From Cyanophora paradoxa CCMP329 (lineage: Eukaryota; Plantae; Glaucophyta), in contig QPMI01000068.1 of the NCBI GenBank assembly GCA_004431415.1, positions 62,001-126,000 on the forward strand: a stretch of 64,000 nt of DNA, given 5' to 3'. Position 1 is the first letter of the stretch. Each line of letters opens with the position of its first letter. Of this stretch, positions 11,278 to 24,258 are shown in pieces. Under the pieces are notes generated by a model. It ran no database searches. It had not been told where the DNA came from and saw only the letters and a list, made by a program, of their open reading frames with translations. The translations under genes and the position numbers were made by a program.

Positions 11278-14200
11278 CCCTGACGCGGACCCCAACTGCC
11301 CCCGGGATTCAGAGTATAACTATGGGGTGGAACTCGTCCATTACTGCCTCACCCCATATGATGGCCTCTCCTCGCGCGACCCCGGTCTTTCGGCGCTTGA
11401 GCTCGACCCCGCCTGGCGTGAACGCAGACTGGAATTCCAATTTTGCCCTCACCCAAAATACTGCGGCTCTGAACAGCTTCATCGCGAGCTGGGCCTTTCT
11501 ACGACTGCTTGCCGATGGGTCGAGTACGCATCTCACGTCCGCCGAATCCCGGCAGGCTCGTCGTGCGAATCGAAGGGCTGGTCTCCGAGCCTCTCCAATC
11601 TCAATAGGCCGGTGCCCACCCGCTCCCGGCAGCTGCCCGACTCCACCTCCGCCTTCACATGCTCCCACTCTAGAGGGCAGCATCCCCCCCGTGCTCAACC
11701 CACACGCGCAGCTAAAACAGCCCGCCTTGACCCCTCCTCAGCTACCCCTCCTGCTCAATATGACCCCGAACTCCCCCCTTCCAACCTCCCCCGCGAAATC
11801 ACACACATTGGCTTCATCGATCTCTGGCTCCGGGAAACTGACTGGTGGGACTCTTTCCGAGCGGAGGCCCAAGCTACCAATGTTGCCCTCGAGAGACGTC
11901 CACGCCTTATGACCCCCACATCACAAGCCGACCGCGCCTTCTATGAATCCCCGGCCGGGCTCGACTTCCTTTTCATTACCTCCCGAGCCCTTTTCGCAGA
12001 GCTCTGCCCTACACTCCGCGCACTAAACTCCCCACCCCTTCCCTCCGGAACTACTCCCCGGGTAATATACACGGACGCCAGCACACAAAAACAGGGCTCC
12101 GCCTCTGTCCGAACCACTTACGCCGGCCTTGCACCCCTCGAAAATAATCCCGACCTGCCTGACAAAATCGAGTTCGCCCACCGCCTCCCCGGCGTCCAAC
12201 ATAACGTGAACCTGGGAGAGCTAGCAGGCACAATCTCCGCAGCATTCACGTATTTCGGGCCCACGGGCGGGAAAATTATCACGGACAGTCAGAACACTAT
12301 CCGAGCCCTGACAGCCTTCGCCTTTCAAGACCCTTCATCTTTCTCCATCCCATCAACTTCCGCACCCTGCTCCGCCGAGAGGACGGGCCCTTCTCCTCAA
12401 CGCTCGAACGCAATACGCCATTCGTATCGCCCAAGACCCGAACTTCCAAGTCACGCTTCAGTGGGTCCCCTCTCACCAACCAAAGACCATCCCGCGGCCA
12501 CCTGCAACGGCTCCGACACCAACGACGACCCGCCGCCCGGCCCCCTCTTCCCCCCGCCGACCCCGTGTCCCCCGCAGCGGACCAGCTGCCCCCCTTCCTA
12601 CCGCCCCGCAGACATTCCCTGCCTCGGCTCCTTACCACTATATTGGTGGAATGGACATCCCCGACGCCCGACTCCTCTTTTCGGACGACTCCTCCCCGCC
12701 CCTCCCTCCGTCACTATTCTCGTCCCTCCTCCCGCCTCGCCGGCACATTCGCACATATATCCTAGCTGACAGCCCCGCCGACTACCATTTCCTCCGCTGC
12801 CAAGCGGACCTTGTTGACTATGTAGATGCCTCCGAGACTACCAACACCCATCTGGTCCTTGACCTTGTCCCCCTCGCGTCCGCCAGACTTGAACGCGCCT
12901 TCATGGCGGAGGACACCGTCATCTGGAACCGCTGCATCCGACTTCCCAAAGCTCATACTCTCTTTCCTTCCGACGAACACCTGACTATCGTCTCGGACTG
13001 TGACATCCTCCGCGCCTACTCCGCTTTCCTTGCAGCCTTAGGACGCAGAGACATCACTCACAACATCTCCTTCCAGTGCTGCTCCCCTCCCAACCCAATC
13101 TTCCTTCAACCTCTCCCCGAGGACGCCCCTGATGTTGACCACCCTGATCCTGGGCCTACAAGGAAACTCGCCCTCGACTATTACTTAGCCCACCCTAGGG
13201 GCTCCGGCCCCACCTGGCACTTCTACCCCACTTCCCTCTGCAAACCCGCTGTCCCCGCCGACCGTGACACGCCTCTCCCCGCCTGGTACTGGGACGAGGA
13301 CCTTACACTCGCCCCCACCTCCCAGACCGAGGCTGGCACCCCTCTGGTCGCGTACCACTGTTGCGACCCTGGCATGTGGGGCACCCCTATTTCCTCCCTG
13401 ATCGCAGAACAATGGGCACGGGGACCCGCCCTCTCCTGCCCGCACTGCCACCCCACCCCCCCCGCCTGGCCCCCCACCCACGTTCCCTCTCCGCGACCAA
13501 ACCGGCGCCCTTCCTGTCTTATTCGAACGCTATGGACGCCGAGCCATCCCCTACTCAGCTGCCATCGACCCCGACGGCCCCAGGTATGATCGCCGAGTAC
13601 TTCCCCTCCTCGACGGCATAAAATCTCGCCTGGCTGCCCTTAAAGCGGCCCCCCTCTCCCTCATCGACCCCAACCCTCGGTCTGGGGCCCACCTGGCCAC
13701 ACCCGTTCTCCTCGCACAACCCATACCTGCAGAACCCGTCGACGCTTTCTTCAGACTTCTCCAAAACCGCCAAGTCTCCTTCCGCCTGCATGCCCCGACC
13801 ACCCCCAAGTGCCTCTTCCTCTCGTCCTCCCACGCAACCTCGATCCTCATGGGCACAGCCCCCACTGCCCTTTCTATCAAAGCCCGCGCAGGCCAGCCAC
13901 AACTGGACCGACCCTACGTCCCGCACCCTTTCTCCCCAACGGAATACGATTATATTCTCCTCCCCCTGCCCCCTCTGGGTCCCGACCCTGGCGACTAGCA
14001 ATCATCTCGGCCCGCCTCCGCGAAATCCGCATCCTGGACGTCACCCGCAAACCCGCCTCCGACGTCACGGCCCTCTTAAAGACTGGGTCATCAACTGGTG
14101 GACGGCGACTCTCCGCCCCGGCGACTCCTCCCACGCTCGGCCTGGAAGTACGACACCAGCACCTTCCCCACACAAGCCTGGAAAAACGTTCACACGGGTG

Positions 14201-17200
14201 AAGACGCTCTCTTCGTCATGACCGCTGCTGAGTTCATTGGCCGCGGTGAGGAAGTCCACCTGTACGGCAAAGGACGGGCCGCCCCATCCCCTTCCACGCC
14301 CCCATCTACCGGGAGCGTTGGGCGGCCGCTCTCCTTCTCCGGGACCCTGAGGTCCTCCTGGGGACAGTCCAGGCCAACGACCCGGCATTCACAACAAAAC
14401 GACAGCGCATGACCCCGCGCACCAGCTCCCGCCCTTCCCAGCACACGGCAGCCAAAGCCCGCCGTCCGGTTAGACGCAAGCGAGACCCCACCCCTCCTCC
14501 CTTCCGTCCTCCCTCCCCCCCCGTCCCTTACACCGGTAACCCCCGGTCCCCAATTCCCTCCCTCCTCCCCGCAGCTCCCCACCCCCCCCCACCCTGCCCT
14601 CCCCACCCCCACGCCCCCCGGCGCCGAGGCCCGACCAACTGCTTCCCCAGGCCGAACCCCCGCTCACCCGACTGAATTTCCCCTCCCTCGCCCCTGACGC
14701 TGGCGGAGAAAAGTTGGCTGGGGAATGCCTTCCGGTTTGCAGACAATGATTACTGCGCGGAGCAAACCCTCATGTCGAAACCCCCCTCCCACCCGCCCCC
14801 CGACCTGACCCTCACCGCCACTCCCTCATTCGACGAGGCGACCTTATCCACCTCCGGCCGAATGCCGCCCTCAGCCTCCCCTCGTGGAAGCCTTCCTTGA
14901 CATGCTCTCCTCCCGCGAAGCCGCCCTGGCCTCGCCTCACCCTACCTACTTCCTGTCGTCCAGCTCTTACCCCGCTAGTGCAGCCTCTCAATTTGACTCT
15001 CGGGCTCTGCCCCCTCCCCCTGCACCACTACCTTCCCCCCGGACGCCTTCTCGATGCCCGCCTCGTCCTTGTCCCCATCCTTACCTATCGCCCCACTCAT
15101 CATGCCCCACCAGCCCCCTCGCCGACCCTTCCCTCAGGCAGATCCCGGCACCCTCAGGGCCCCCCGGGACACTGGCACCTACTTGCTTTATTTCCTCAGA
15201 CGCGCTCGTTCTACATTCACAACGGCTCCCTCGACGTCCCTGATCACCTTGTCTCCTTTGCACAAGACTTGGCGGCCACTTGGAGTCAACGCGACTCTGG
15301 CTCTCCCCTCCCCCTCACTCCATTCTGCAGATGGACCTACCTACGCCCGGAGACATCCCTCTCCGTTCTCCAGCCTCCCAACAGCACGGCCTGCGGCCCT
15401 CTCCTCCTCCTCACAGCTGACCTACTCAGTCGCTCCTCAGCACTTGCCCCGTCGGACCTGCCCCGCCCCCCAGCCTACATTCAGGTCGACAATGCTGCGC
15501 TCCGCAGATACCGTGAATATATTGCCCTCAGCCTCTGCTACGGGTCCGTCACCCTCGACCCTATATGCTGTGGCCCTGCCCTCCCGGCCCTCAGACCCCC
15601 ACCGACCTTCCCGGGGCGCCACCGACCGCCACGCCGCCCCCCGGTCTCCACCGGCGGCACCCTCCCTACCCTCGACTCCCCACCACCCTCCCCCGACCGC
15701 CCAGCCCTCCCGCGCTCCCCAACTGTGCTTGAGTCTACCCCGCCTCGCCCTGCAGGGCCCGCCACCCCCTCCCTCCCGGTGCTCGCTACGCCCAAGAACT
15801 CGCCTCTCAGCTCGCCGACCTGGCCCGCAACGAAGCCTCCGCAACAGCACGCCGTCTCTTCCGGCCGTCCCACGTGACCCCACTCGAGGCGGCGACCATC
15901 CTAGCTGAAGCCGCTCACCGCGACGCCGCCCAGCCGCCACCACGGTCCGCCAAAGCATCTAAAACGGCCGCTAAGAAAGAGGCGGCCAGGACCCGGCCAA
16001 GAGCCGTATCCCGAACCCAGCCTATACTCCTGACAACTGCCACAATGACGCCGTTGACAAGCTCGCCAAAACGGCCCCAGACGCCCCCCTCTCAGCCCTT
16101 CTCTTCATTCCTCACAGTTTCAAATGCTTCCTCATCCGCGTTGGCCTCCCGCCCCCGTCATCCCAAGGCCCAGTTCCAGGAGCCGAGCCTTACAGAGGCA
16201 GACTCCATGCATACCGCGTTGAGGGGGACCCCCGCTCTCACTTCCTAGCCGAAGCCTCCCTCTCCCAATACCTCGACTGGCGCCAGCTTCGCAACGCGGG
16301 GGCCGTCCTCAGCAATCCTCACGTTACCCTCGCCCCAGCCCTCTCCCTCGTGTCCGACAAGCCACCGGACCGCCGTACCCCCACAGGCGATCACCTCCGC
16401 AAAGTCAGATTCCAGTGCATTCTTGGAGGCCTCCCTCCCTCACCGTCCGCCTCCTCCACGACCCCGACCTATACGGCCCTCTCTTTCCTGACGGTATCGC
16501 CCACTGCCCCTTCTGTCACCTCCCCCCACCCTGCCCCAGTCCCGAGGACCCTACTTCCCCACCCCCACCCTCCCGCCCCCTGCCACGTGCACCCCCCGGG
16601 CTCCCCCCGCCCTCTTCCCACCGAGAGCCGCAGACCCCAGACAGCCCGACCCTACAACCCACCCCCCGAAGACTTCATTCACATATTTACTTGCCCCGCC
16701 GCTCGCCTCCTCCTCCAAGCTTTCCAGGATGCACTCGTGACCTTCCTCCGCACCCGGGTTCTCCGCCACTCGCCCAAACCCTTAGGACACGACGACACTA
16801 TTTTTCAACTCTTTCCCTTCCTCCGCCTCGTCTCCCCTGACCCCGCCTCTCCCCTCCACTCCGCCCTCCTCTCCCCCACCGAAAATCCGGCCCTTTTCCG
16901 CCCCCAGGTCTTACCGATACCCTATGGACAAAGCTTAGCCCGGCCTTGGCTGACATACTCCCCTTCCCCGCCCCTGCCCTCCTGCGCCTCGGTACCCCGG
17001 CAGGATTGCCCGCCCTCTGCGCAGCCCTGGGCATCAACAAGACCACCACAATGTCAATCCAAAAAGATTTAGCGCTACTCCTCGACCAACACCTCCGTGC
17101 GATCTGGAGGGACCGCTGCGCCCGCAACCACGCCTGGGAGCTCCGACAAGGCATCACTGACAGAACCAAACGTCGATACCGCAAACATGCCGACACCAAA

Positions 17201-18831
17201 CCCTCCCGCTCGCCGCCAGTACAGCCGCCTAGTCCCTCCCCTCCCCCCCGCCCCCCCCACCCCCTCCCTCCATGATACCATCTCCATCACTGACTTCTGC
17301 TGCGGATTGGACTCGGAAGGCCAACCCTGGGTTCTCCTGGAAAATATCCGCCAAGCAATAGCACGACTCCCTGCCGCCCCCTCACCCAGGCCGCCCCCTC
17401 CCCTCAGGCCCTCCCTCCCCCCAACCGCCCGATGCAGGACCCACCGCCGGGACATCTGACTTCTCTTGCACCTGTGGCACCCAATTTGCCTCCGCAGCTG
17501 CCCTCCAGGCCCACTCCGACGCCAGACGGGGAAAGTGCCCCGCTCGCCCAGAGACCACCCCATACTCTCGACCTGCCTCCCAACCTGCTGCACCCCCAAC
17601 GCAGCCTTCCCACAAGAACCCCGACAATGGCACCCTGCCCGCTCGGCCCGCGGGCCCTACGTCCGCTACTCAACCTTCCAAGCGCCCCGCCCCAACGCTC
17701 CCCCTGGCCCCTCCCTCGAAACGAACTCGCCCGTTGCCTACCTCACGCAAACGGACAACCGCTACTCCCCCCGCCCCGGCACCCAAACGCCCGCGCCCCA
17801 TGACCCCTCCCCTTCCCGCCTCTGCACCCGCCCCACCCGTACCTACGGCAAAAAGAAAGGCAGCCGGTCGCAAGACCCCAAGCGCGGGACCAAAAAAGCG
17901 CGAACGGTGTCGATACCTGCTGGACAACCCACAATCACGTCCCTCTTCGCACCTGGAGTGTACAAACCACTAACGACGCTTCAAGTAGCCGACCCTCCCC
18001 CCCCTCCTCGCTTCAGCCGGCCCCCCGACCGGGACCCCGCACGGTGCCGCCCCGCGGCCCCTACGGTTCCTCCCCAGCCCCAACCGACTCACAAGTGCCG
18101 AACCCCTCGTTGACTCCGGCCACCCCTATGGCTTCGGCCCTCCCCTCGGCTTCGGCCCCCCCCTCGGCTTCGGCCACCCCATCGGCTTCGGCCCCCCCCC
18201 CGGCTTCGGCCACCCCATCGGCCTCGGCCACCCCTCTGGCTTCGGCCACCCCCCCTACTCAGACCGACCCCTCCTGACCCCTCGCGACCCGCCTCGCCTC
18301 CGCACTCCCCGCTCTCTGCGCCGCCTGTCAGTGCCCACGCTCACTCCACTCTGCCGTCCCGGCACCGCTCCCTGCCCTGCCCCGCATCCGCTGCCCACCC
18401 CCTACCGCTGCCTCCGCCCACTCCCTCTCCTTCCTCATATCTTCCTCCTACCACCTTCTTCACCTTGACAGAACGGGACACCGATTAATCGGGGTCCTGG
18501 GGCGCAGGTGAGGAGGAGGGAGGAGGCAGAGTGAGGAGGAGGAGGGGTGGCGGAGCGGCGACAAGGGAGGGCGGCGGACTGCGAGACATTTCACTTCCAG
18601 GGCTCATGAGGGATGGAGGAGTTGATCAAGGGGTGGGCGCGCGGGTCTGGTTACGGCTATCCCCGAAAACCATGGCTCCCCCACTCAGGCGAACCTCCCA
18701 TATTGAGCGACCCATGGCCGGCACCTCGCTAGCATCTTCGGCTAGATAGATGACCGGTCGGAAGGGCGCGTCACGTAGAACATTGATACATGTGCCGTGG
18801 TGTATCAATGCGACGTCCACTTTTGCAAAAA
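11278..18831 (+). mobile_element. GC-rich non-LTR retrotransposon-like insertion, probably 5'-truncated
   Basis: 21-bp TSD AGAAGAAATGGATTTACAAGA (11257-11277 and 18832-18852). RNase H motifs IYTDAS/GELAG/ITDSQ (~12060-12295). Ulp1-like GHWHLL...QPPNSTACG (~15165-15400). CPFC...HIFTC and IWRDRC motifs. Ends TTTTGCAAAAA. Many frameshifts; no RT motif seen. Confidence 0.8.
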
Positions 18832-18852
18832 AGAAGAAATGGATTTACAAGA

Positions 18853-20130
18853 ACGTTTTTAGATTTCAATTCGCCGGACGGTACACATACAGTTGCATTT
18901 GGAACAATATCAGGAAACACAATGGGGGTAAACTCCTATACAAGTAATGGAGTAAGTAGCCCAGCAGCACAAGTTAATTATACAACTTCGTATACTGACA
19001 TGTCGCCAAACTATTGGGACATTACAATTACTTCAAATACCATTAGTTTTGGTTGTAGTGGTCAAGAATTAGGCACAGTTACAGGAACAAACTACCTTCC
19101 ACCGTCTACTTTCAGTCGGATGGGTGTAAACAATTTTGTTGGCGTGATAGCTGAATATATTATATTCAACAGAGCATTGACATTTGAGGAGAAGCAAAGA
19201 GTGAGATTCTATATTCAGGATTATTACGGTTTCCCAAAAACGCAATCGCTTTATTATCCTGATAATCTACGAATTTCGTCTGAATTTGTGCATATAAGAA
19301 ACTTAATAGTTAGTTCAAATGCTACCATTCCAAACTATACTACATCTAATGTGGTTCAGGGTTGGATACAGAACCATACTCACACAAAAGCACAAATCAC
19401 AGACTTTGCCCATACTCACACAAAAGATCAGATCACAGATTTCGCACATACTCACACAAAAGATCAGATCACAGACTTTGCCCATACTCACACAAAAGAT
19501 CAGATCACAGACTTTGCCCATACTCACACAAAAGATCAAATCACGGACTTTGCGCATACTCATTTATGGGAGCATATCACAAATCCTCCATTAACGTTCC
19601 CACCTGATTCACATACTCATGATTATTCAGAGATAACCAATAGCAACCACAGACACCCATGGAGCGAAATAGACGAACAGCCCGTTTTTGCAGAATTAAG
19701 TGCAATCGGAAACGTTTTTAATGGAGTCACTCTTTACCAATCGATTAATACACCTGAAAGGCTATTTTTGAATGATCATTACGTAAATCTCAATGGGACA
19801 TTCACAGGTGAAACAGGCACACCGATGGTGGGAACTCTTGCTGTAAGATTACCACGGGATCCAATCGTAAACGGCGTGTATAGTGGTGATTTCAATGTGG
19901 GAGTAAATGATACTTTCCCCAGTATATATGTCACGAATTATCACCCAGGAGAAATAGGACAAGTAGAGAATTTTTCAGCAGCAATACAAGTAAACGTAAC
20001 AGATCAAAGCGCATATGATGGAGCAAGACCTAAAATAGTATTCACAAGGGAGAAAGTTGTAAACTATCTTCCTGTTGCGGGTCAACCCACAGATGATCAC
20101 GGGAAATGTGAGATGGCGTGGACTAAAACG
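18853..20130 (+). pseudogene. Fibre-like protein, 3' continuation (LamG-like motif, HTHTKDQITDFA x5), truncated at ~20130
   Basis: In frame with 8557-11277 (RRNGFTR|TFLDFN); GVIAEYIIFNRALT motif; 36-bp tandem repeats at ~19375-19563. Confidence 0.75.
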
Positions 20131-21554
20131 ACACCATGTAGCCCATCATTCACAGCATTACCTGCTGATGCGAAAGTAGGTTGCTGGTCGATTTCGTCCC
20201 AATCGTGTCTGTGGTCTTCTGGTGGGAACAATTCTGGTACATCAATTTCGTCCCAAGTGTGTCTATGGTCTGCTGGTGGAAATTCATCTGGTATTCCATC
20301 GATTTCTCCCCAATCATGCCTATGGTCCACAGGTGGAAATCTATCAGGTTTATTGTCAATCTCATTCCAAACGTGAGTGTGGGGATCAGGTGGGTATGTT
20401 TCTGGTTTGTTTCGAATATCTTCCCAATTAATGATAAAATCGAATAGATCAGGTGCGAAACCATCAGGTAAAAGCTGCTCATCAAAAGGTTCGTAGCGAT
20501 CATAAGTTACAAGATTTGGGTCGAAACCATCTGGTAAGACATTATCCTCTTCAAATCGCCTATCTTCAAGAGGTATAACATTTACATCTGGCGATAAAAG
20601 CTCCTCAGCTGGTTGTTTGTAATCTGTAAATACTGGTTTGTTTCTGACTTTTTCCCAGCTAACTATGTGCTGCCCAAAGGCTACATTTTCCTCTGCTGTG
20701 TATTCCCTCCCTGGTTGCTTCTTTGGTGTAAGGTCAGGTGGATCCCACGGAAGCGGAAAGGGGACAGGAACAGGACCGTAATGCTCAAAGATTTCCCTTA
20801 TAGTTTTCTCACTGACAAGCTTCTCACCATTGGCATACACATTGCTTCCATGGATATTTCGCCACTGCCTCGTCCTGATTCCAAGGTCTTTGGTGTTTGT
20901 GACCAATGGTAAAAGGTGCCTATCCATTTCGACAAGATCAGGGTGTAAATGGATTGCCACTGGTTGAGTGGGGCTACTATTGATGGTGATTGATGGCTTT
21001 TTCTGGTGGACATCATTTGGAGTAAAGAACCCAAAAGGTTCATTCATGGCAAAAGCATAAGTTATATCCTTGGGGTATACATCATTAGTTGAACAGACTT
21101 GATTTGTGTTCTGGAAATGGCCCACTTGTAATACTTGGGGAACCTCTGTTTTTGTGGTGCTGCCCTCATTATAAATTCTCAAACCTGTGTTCTGTTTGCC
21201 CTGCTCATCTTGTACATTGAAAATCAAACGGCCACTATCACACCTTGATGGATTGTCTGGATGGGTTCCACTTGGTTTGAGTTTTCTGGGTCTCTTTCTG
21301 GTTGCCTTTATCTCTGCTACTTGATTGGCTTTCACATTGCCCAAACTAAAAACTACACTGACCTCCTCCTTGTCTGGATCGGTTTGATTTAAGGAAAGGG
21401 CATGCTCCCTTGATTGAGTCTTTGAAGAACTGTCAGAGCTGTGGTCGATTGATATTGAACCTTTAACTTTTATATTATCAAAGTTCACATGCTTTGTGCT
21501 GCTGGAATTGTCATCTTGAATTGTTTCCAGATTTGGGGGGTAATTAAAGCTCAT
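20131..21554 (-). pseudogene. Fibre-like protein N-terminal part (second L copy), truncated
   Basis: MSFNYPPNL... homologous to 8557; homology stops after FASAGNAVNDGLHGV at a tail-to-tail junction. Confidence 0.8.
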
Positions 21555-22104
21555 GGCTTTTACTATATGAATTTATAAAATTCCTTATAAGTATTAGATG
21601 CCCTTGAAAGTATGTTTAGCATTGTCAGGCGGCGGGGCAAGGGGCATTATCATTACCAGACTGCTCAAAGAAATCGAAAATCGAACTGGCAGGCGTATAA
21701 TAGATCTTGTGGATCTTGTTAGTGGAACTTCCACGGGTGGGATCATTGCCATTGGGTTGAACATTAGGCATCCAGATAGGGCAGGCGAACCCAAACTCAC
21801 AGCCAATGATTTACATAATATATACCTCACTCAGCTGCCCTTGATTTTCGCAAATCCTCGAAATATAATCGAAAATGCCCTTTTTAACACCAAGTATGAT
21901 GTTGCTCCTTTAGAAAGCGCAATCAATTCTGTTACTGGCGAATCCCTTATTCAAGATTCCTTGAAGGACATTGTTATTACTTCGTTTGATACTCAGTACA
22001 TGAAACCTATATTCATCACAAACGATAACAACTACAACTTTCTGCCCTGTAAAATAGCAGCAAGGGCTACCTCTGCTGCTCCCACCTACTTTTCACCTGT
22101 GAGT

Positions 22105-24258
22105 TTTTTTGCAAAAGCCCAACCGGGCAATGTTCGTATTAAGGACAACAACCGCCGCCCCGTCGGTGACGTCGACCGGGGGGGCGCCTAGGCTAGCGCA
22201 AATGCTCTGCGGCATAGAAGGAAGACGTCCTGCTATCTTATCCTAGCTGTGAGCTATCGATCTACAGCTTTAGGAGGGCCTGATGCGTTGGTGTCCTTGG
22301 CCCTGTGGAAGAGAGGGGGGGAGGGGGGAGGCGAGGCGCACGGGGTGCTGGGGTCGGCGGGGGGCGAGGCGTAGGGAGGGGGAGAAGGGCAGGGAGTGGG
22401 GTACACGGAGCGCTGGAGGGTGGCGGGGGTGAGGCGCTGGGTCGGGGAGCTGGGGGCGGGCGGGGCGGGGCGGGCGGGAGGGTGACGGGCCGGGAGCGGG
22501 GCGGGGCGCCGAGGGTCGGGGCAGGGCGCTAGAGGGCGGCGGGGGCGGGGCGCTGGGGGCGGCGGGGCGGGGCGCTGGGGGCCGGGGCAAAGGGCGGGGG
22601 GCTAAGGGGTGGAGGAGCACTGGGGCGGGGCCCTGGGGAAGCGGCGGCGGAAGGGCGCTGGGGGCGGAGGGGCGCCGGGGCGACGGGGGAAGGGCACGGG
22701 GAGCAGCGGGGCACTAGGGCGGCGGGGCGCTGAGAGGGGTGACGTGGGAAGGGCACTGGGGGGCGGCGGGGCGCTGGGGCGACGGGGGAAGGGCGCGAGG
22801 AGCGGCGGGGCGCTAGGGCGGCGGGGCACTTAGAGGGGTGGCGGGGGTGGGGCGCTGGAGCCGGAGGGCGGGGGCGGGGCGCTGGAGCTGGGGGCGGGGC
22901 GGGGCGCTGGAGCCGGAGGCGGGGCGGGGCGCTGGAGCTGGGGGCGGGGCGGGGCGCTGGAGCTGGGGGCGGGGCGGGGCGCTGGAGCCGGAGGGCGGGG
23001 CGGGGCGCTGGAGCTGGGGCGGGGGCGGGCGCTGGAGCTGGGGCGGCGGGCGCTGGAGCCGGAGGGCGGGGGCGGGGCGCTGGAGCCGGAGGGCGGGGCG
23101 GGGCGCTGGAGCTGGGGGCGGGGGCGGGGCGCTGGAGCTGGGGGCGGGGGCGGGGCGCTGGAGCCGGAGGGCGGGGCGGGGCGCTGGAGCCGGAGGGCGG
23201 GGGCGGGGCGCTGGAGCCGGAGGGCGGGGGCGGGGCGCTGGAGCCGGAGGGCGGGGGCGGGGCGCTGGAGCCGGAGGGCGGGGCGGGGCGCTGGAGCTGG
23301 GGGCGGGGCGGGGCGCTGGAGCTGGGGGCGGGGCGGGGCGCTGGAGCCGGAGGGCGGGGCGGGGCGCTGGAGCTGGGGGCGGGGCGGGGCGCTGGAGCTG
23401 GGGGGCGGGGGCGGGCGCTGGAGCTGGGGGCGGGGCGGGGCGCTGGAGCCGGAGGGCGGGGCGGGGCGCTGGAGCCGGAGGGCGGGGGCGGGGCGCTGGA
23501 GCCGGAGGGCGAGGGCGGGGCGCTGGGGCGGGAGGGCGGGGGCCGGCTTGAAGGCCGGGTCCGGGCGGGCCTCGTCTGGCTCGGACTGCGGACGGGGGGC
23601 AGGGGGTCCGAGCGTACACGCTTCTGTACCGACCTCGGGGGGGAGGAGTCCAGGTGGGCGCCCTTTGGGCCCAGTCCGGGGGAAAGCGGGCGGGGGCGTG
23701 GGCCCGCGGGGCCTGGGCGCCGGCGAGCGTCGCGCAAGCACGGTCTACGTCGTTCGCCGGGCATGGCGGCGACATCCGGTGTGTCGTCCGTGGATGATCG
23801 GCTCATGTCTGCGGTGTGACAGGCAGTGAGTGAGTGTCAGCATCGGGGCGCAATGCGCGGGACTGGGCGGCAGTTCAGTTGCTTAAGAGCTCTTATCGTC
23901 TATCGGGAGAGGCAGGGCGATTGCTTTGCGCTCCGCGCAGGGCGCAGGTGGGGTCCGGGGTCCGTGGAATTCAAAAAAGATGACGCGGCGAGGTTGGCGG
24001 GGCTGCCTGGCGCTCCGGGGGCGGGCTACCGACTTCGGCGGTTGCGATTGGTGATGATGTGCTCGTGTCGGCTGTCCGTGCACGCCCGGCTGGTCTATCT
24101 AGCGCGTTCTGGCTACGGGGGTCGGGTGGAGCTGGCGCGCGACTTTCCGAGCAGCTTGACACGCAGCGTTATCAGGAACCCACGGGTGGGAAACCTGGCC
24201 CGCTGCGCCGCCGTAATCGTCGCGCTACCGTAAATTTTCCGTACCCCCCTTCATCACC
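22105..24258 (-). mobile_element. GC-rich non-autonomous retroposon-like insertion
   Basis: 16-bp TSD CTTTTCACCTGTGAGT (22089-22104 and 24259-24274); minus-strand 3' end GGCTTTTGCAAAAAA; internal minisatellite. Confidence 0.8.
22850..23530. repeat. G-rich minisatellite (GGGGCGGGGCGCTGGAGC variants)
   Basis: Many imperfect ~22-27 bp units built on GGCGCTGGAGC(CGGAG|TGG). Confidence 0.9.

Noticed and set aside
11309-18249. Numerous minus-strand ORFs within the retroelement
   Set aside because: Shadow ORFs of GC-rich DNA; recognisable motifs are all on the + strand.
22270-23829. Long Pro/Ala/Gly-rich ORFs in several frames
   Set aside because: These are stop-free by-products of a GC-rich minisatellite.
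24150-24258. Hammerhead ribozyme at the 5' end of the 2.15-kb insertion
   Set aside because: Only CTGATAA...GAAA is present, not the CUGANGA core, and I could not establish the stems.
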